The notes beneath the pieces were generated by a model. The model did no database searches. It was not told the origin of the DNA and was given only the letters and a program-made list of their open reading frames with translations. A program made the position numbers and the translations under genes. Shown here piece by piece: positions 60,354 to 64,000 of a DNA stretch of 64,000 nucleotides. The stretch covers positions 1 through 64,000 of the forward strand of contig JAWBZR010000002.1 of assembly GCA_044343545.1 (NCBI GenBank), written 5' to 3'. This DNA comes from Candidatus Aenigmatarchaeota archaeon. GTDB lineage: Archaea > Aenigmatarchaeota > Aenigmatarchaeia > CG10238-14. How positions within the stretch are numbered: position 1 is the first letter of the stretch; every line of letters starts with the position of its first letter.

Positions 60354-61089
60354 CTATCAGGTCTTGAATTTTTTGTAATATCTGGTAAAACAGTCCAGTT
60401 CTTCTAAATAAATGTTCATACTTTCCTTCTTCAAAACCTAAACGGCTGCTTATTTCTTTATCTGTGGCCACAACAACTTTGATCAAATCCTCATAAGAAA
60501 AATCTATACTTTCGAAATAAACATCATCGCATTTTCTTATAGTTTTCTTAACAACGTTGCAAGGAAAGCTAAAACTACATTTTTGGGATATTTTCCAACC
60601 TTTTTTCCCAACAAAACTATCTATTTTATCTTCAAATGGTTTATGACAAGAAAAATAATCTTCTCCTGTTATCTGATGTGTTGGCGTCAACGCATCTGAA
60701 AAATAATGAATCGCCATACCAATACTGTAATCATCCATTTTTATCGTTTCATTGAATTTTTCAAGAGCAGGACAATAAAAATAATCTCCATCAAAGCATT
60801 CAGAGATATCAGCAAAATAGTGCAAACTTCCTGGAGCTTTTATGGTTGTGTCAATTTTTTTGCATTGCTTTGCATAATAACAGCTATGTTGTCTTTGGTC
60901 CTTAACTATTGTGTCCGGCGCGATGCAGCCTTCTAAAAATAATGTTTTATTTTTTATCACTTCTCTCAAAGCTTCGTTTCCACTATAAATTTGATTGCAA
61001 ATCCAAACATGAGTTTCACGGCCCCACGCATTAACTATGGGAAGCATGAATGATAATAAAATCAAAAATTTAAGGTAATATTTCATCAT
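60310..61089 (-). CDS. Secreted Zn-dependent phospholipase C / P1-S1 nuclease-fold protein
   Basis: Signal peptide then mature W1 (A/WGRETH), APD, H, HYFSD-x3-PTH, HKPFE tri-zinc ligand pattern. Confidence 0.8.
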   Translation of the reverse strand: MMKYYLKFLILLSFMLPIVNAWGRETHVWICNQIYSGNEALREVIKNKTLFLEGCIAPDTIVKDQRQHSCYYAKQCKKIDTTIKAPGSLHYFADISECFDGDYFYCPALEKFNETIKMDDYSIGMAIHYFSDALTPTHQITGEDYFSCHKPFEDKIDSFVGKKGWKISQKCSFSFPCNVVKKTIRKCDDVYFESIDFSYEDLIKVVVATDKEISSRLGFEEGKYEHLFRRTGLFYQILQKIQDLIAKIKQDFPFQNIFS

Positions 61090-61946
61090 AAGTCCTCATC
61101 GTCCATCCTCGGACAAGCCATATTTATTGTTAAATCAAATTTCATTCCAATGATTTTTTCTTTTGATATAGCATCAAAAGCAAGGATATGAACTTTTTTA
61201 CCCATTTTTTCTAGTTGATGTTTCAGTGCAAATGCTTCATTTATTCTATTTTGCCCTTTTTTCCAAGATACTAAAATGCCAATGACTTTTGCATTTTTAA
61301 TCTCTTCATTTTTCCATAACTTTTTTTTGATGTATTTCATTTTTTCCTTTTCGAAGTCTATTATTTCACCTCTTTCCAAATCTAAAGAAAAAACAGGTTT
61401 ATTTGAAAGAAGGGCAACTCCAAGAGGATGAAATTTTCCCGTACCAACGTAAAGAAGGCAAGACGTTTCGAGTTTTAGTGCGGCATCAACTCTGCAGCCC
61501 AACACTTGGCCATCATGTTTTTCTGTTTTTGCAACCTCAACTTTTTTACCCCTACTTTTCAACCATTTTTCAACTTCTTTCATGACAGGTACATATTGCA
61601 AGGTTGTAAATAAACCTACACTTTCATAATCCTTTATTTTTTGAAATTCTTTTTCAATTATAGGTATTGGATCAACTTTCAAGAAATAATCTACGTAAAC
61701 GACCGGTATCTCAGAGCTTACACCAAAATCTGAATGACCTATATGCAATATCGCATCACAACCTAATCTTTTCGCTTCAACATCTCTTACATCGCAAGCT
61801 CCAAATGTCGGTTCACAACACAATACAGTTTCAAATCCATTATTTTGCATCTCTTCATCTATTTTTTGAATTTTTGTTTTCAATCCTTCCGGGTATTGAA
61901 TGAATATTCTTTTTGCTTTCAAATTCTTCAATTCTTCAAACATCAA
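61086..61946 (-). CDS. dph2: Diphthamide biosynthesis enzyme Dph2
   Basis: IQYPEGLK, FGACD, HIGHS, GQVLGC, FHP, ACPR (three Fe-S Cys). Confidence 0.93.
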   Translation of the reverse strand: MMFEELKNLKAKRIFIQYPEGLKTKIQKIDEEMQNNGFETVLCCEPTFGACDVRDVEAKRLGCDAILHIGHSDFGVSSEIPVVYVDYFLKVDPIPIIEKEFQKIKDYESVGLFTTLQYVPVMKEVEKWLKSRGKKVEVAKTEKHDGQVLGCRVDAALKLETSCLLYVGTGKFHPLGVALLSNKPVFSLDLERGEIIDFEKEKMKYIKKKLWKNEEIKNAKVIGILVSWKKGQNRINEAFALKHQLEKMGKKVHILAFDAISKEKIIGMKFDLTINMACPRMDDEDL

Positions 61947-61978
61947 AAATTAAGATTTTCGGAATTAATTTAAATGTT

Positions 61979-62216
61979 ATGGTTAAATTGTCTTGGAGAG
62001 TTAAGAGAAAAGGTTATTGGCTCTATAAGGATGGTAAAGTTAAAAAAGATGTTGAAACTGAAAAGAGAACATATTTTCTTGTGTATAGCGACAAGGAGCA
62101 TTCCGTGATATTTGATAAGACAAGAAATCAATTCTTGTGCGATTGCGAATACTTTTCTCTAAAACTCACAGAATGTTCACACATTTATGCCGTAAAATTA
62201 TTCTTGGGTGTGGTTG

Positions 62217-62230
<14 letters not shown>
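61979..62230 (+). CDS. SWIM zinc-finger protein
   Basis: CDC-x9-CSHIYAV; start set at ATG 61979. Confidence 0.82.
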
Positions 62231-62480
<250 letters not shown>

Positions 62481-62537
62481 ATTTTGTTTGGCTTAGTTTA
62501 TAAACTATTATTAAAATTTTCTTTTTAATTTTTAATT

Positions 62538-63365
62538 ATGCCTGTAAATGCACCGGCAGAATATTATGCTGCTGAAGAAAAATATAGAAATGCCAAAACG
62601 AAAGAAGAAAAAATAAAATATTTGGAAGAAATGATAGCACTCTTACCAAAGCATCATGGATCTGAAAAACTTTTGATGGAGTTGAAAAAAAGATTGTCAA
62701 AACTCAAAATGCAAAAGGAATCTAAACCTGGTAGAACAACTTTTTCTTTAAAAAAGGAAGGCGCCGCTCAAGTTTGTTTAGTTGGTTTAGCAAATTCTGG
62801 TAAAAGCACTTTGTTAAAACTTTTGACAGGCGTTGACGTTAAAATAAGCGAATATCCTTACACGACTACAAAACCTGAAGTCGGCATGATGAGTTACGAA
62901 GATGTTTGGATACAAGTAGTCGAGATACCATCAACTTTTGAACCTATGTGGATGGGTATAGTTAAAAATTGTGATTTAATAATAAAAGTAATAGACGGTA
63001 ATGAAAATTTGGATGAGCAACGAAGAGAAATAAGAAAAATATTTGAGGAGAATAAAATCAGCGTGCCTTCTATAAAAGTTGTCATGAAGAGAAGCATTGA
63101 TCTGGAAAAGATAAAAAGAGAGATATGGTCGAAGTTGAATCTTATAAGAATTTATACGAAAGAACAAGGTAAAGAACCTGAGAAAAAACCCATCATATTT
63201 AAGGGGAAAGCGACAGTAAGAGATGTAGCAAAAGAAATACATAAAGATTTTCTGAAACACTTTAGATTTGCCAAGGTATGGGGGAAATCGGTAAAGTTTC
63301 AAGGTGCTCAAGTAGGTTTGGATCATGAATTGGCTGATAAGGACATAGTTCAAATATTTGCTTGA
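62538..63365 (+). CDS. DRG/OBG-family GTP-binding protein with TGS domain (compact)
   Basis: PKHHGSEKL, GAAQV, GLANSGKS, YPYTT, IRIYTK, IHKDF, VWGKSVKF-x-G-x2-VGLDHEL-x-D. Confidence 0.92.
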   Translation: MPVNAPAEYYAAEEKYRNAKTKEEKIKYLEEMIALLPKHHGSEKLLMELKKRLSKLKMQKESKPGRTTFSLKKEGAAQVCLVGLANSGKSTLLKLLTGVDVKISEYPYTTTKPEVGMMSYEDVWIQVVEIPSTFEPMWMGIVKNCDLIIKVIDGNENLDEQRREIRKIFEENKISVPSIKVVMKRSIDLEKIKREIWSKLNLIRIYTKEQGKEPEKKPIIFKGKATVRDVAKEIHKDFLKHFRFAKVWGKSVKFQGAQVGLDHELADKDIVQIFA

Positions 63366-63404
63366 GATGCTTAAATAAATCTTTTTTCTTTCAAATTATT
63401 ATTT

Positions 63405-63815
63405 ATGGTGTTTGAAGTAGAAATGTATGCGATAGTAGAAAATAATGGAAAAATTTTGGCTTTGTTAAAAAAATCGACTGATGGGTTTTCAGAAGACAAG
63501 TGGTGTTTGCCAGGAGGAAAAATGAATTTTGGTGAAGATGCAATAGATTGCTTGAAAAGAGTTGTTAAAGAGACATGTAACTTGGATATAGACATATTAA
63601 CACCGATAGATGTCTCAGTCAACGTGGACGAAAACAATAATAAGCAAACCGTTGCCATAACCTATATTTGCGAGTTCAAGTCTGGTCAAGCAAAACCATC
63701 AAAAGAATATAAAGAATGCAAGTGGTATGAACCGAAAAAACTATCAGAGATAGAAGAATTGGATTGGGTAACAGAGAAAGCATTATATCCTTACATAGAT
63801 TTCATTTCAGTTTAA
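63405..63815 (+). CDS. NUDIX-fold protein with a degenerate Nudix box
   Basis: WCLPGGKMNFGE-x4-CLKRVVKETCNL. Confidence 0.85.
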   Translation: MVFEVEMYAIVENNGKILALLKKSTDGFSEDKWCLPGGKMNFGEDAIDCLKRVVKETCNLDIDILTPIDVSVNVDENNNKQTVAITYICEFKSGQAKPSKEYKECKWYEPKKLSEIEELDWVTEKALYPYIDFISV

Positions 63816-64000
63816 TCCACAAAAACTACTGGTAATTTCGGTAAATTGCAAAAATCTGTTGTGAAGCAATATGCACCTGCATTTAGAAACACTATTTTAT
63901 CTCCAACCTTTGGATTTTTCAATTTTACATCGTACCTAAATATGTCCATAGAGCAGGGAGTGCATCCTTTTATTACATAAGTGTCGCCTTCTTCCAATTC
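63812..64000 (-). CDS. C-terminus of a PLP-dependent Orn/DAP/Arg decarboxylase (truncated by window edge)
   Basis: GCTPCSMD, GDKIVFLNAGAY-x4-FCNLP. Confidence 0.82.
   Translation of the reverse strand, partial: ELEEGDTYVIKGCTPCSMDIFRYDVKLKNPKVGDKIVFLNAGAYCFTTDFCNLPKLPVVFVD

Overview
AT-rich, gene-dense archaeal chromosome segment. Gene content and compact style suggest a DPANN archaeon, possibly Aenigmarchaeota-like (inference, not tested). It is mostly core information-processing DNA: the exosome/proteasome/RNase P superoperon, fen1, rnhB, tbp, mcm plus the oapABC-type GTPase cluster, and the rpoH-rpoB-rpoA-L30e-nusA-S12-S7-EF2-EF1a-S10 operon. It also carries DNA ligase, ThrRS, GatE, CCA enzyme, Dph2, thyX-glyA, an AmmeMemoRadiSam trio, six tRNAs and a stand-alone 5S rRNA. 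I saw no CRISPR array, transposase or integrase. Highlights: (1) five adjacent genes (1-4 kb) that share an unrecognised multi-pass membrane module; (2) an RNA polymerase with a split B subunit whose B' half is fused in frame to A'; (3) tRNA-Gln(UUG) clustered with Trm9-like, Ncs6/NcsA-like and Elp3 genes, i.e. the three core mcm5s2U34 wobble enzymes beside their substrate, with a Cys>Arg change in the Elp3 radical-SAM motif; (4) BHB introns at non-canonical D-loop positions, including a two-intron tRNA-Asp; (5) microproteins missed by the ORF track, including an 8-Cys FYVE/Rab-effector-like zinc finger; (6) a pilin-like/LamG surface cluster and predicted exported hydrolases. All calls come from reading motifs by eye; no searches were run.
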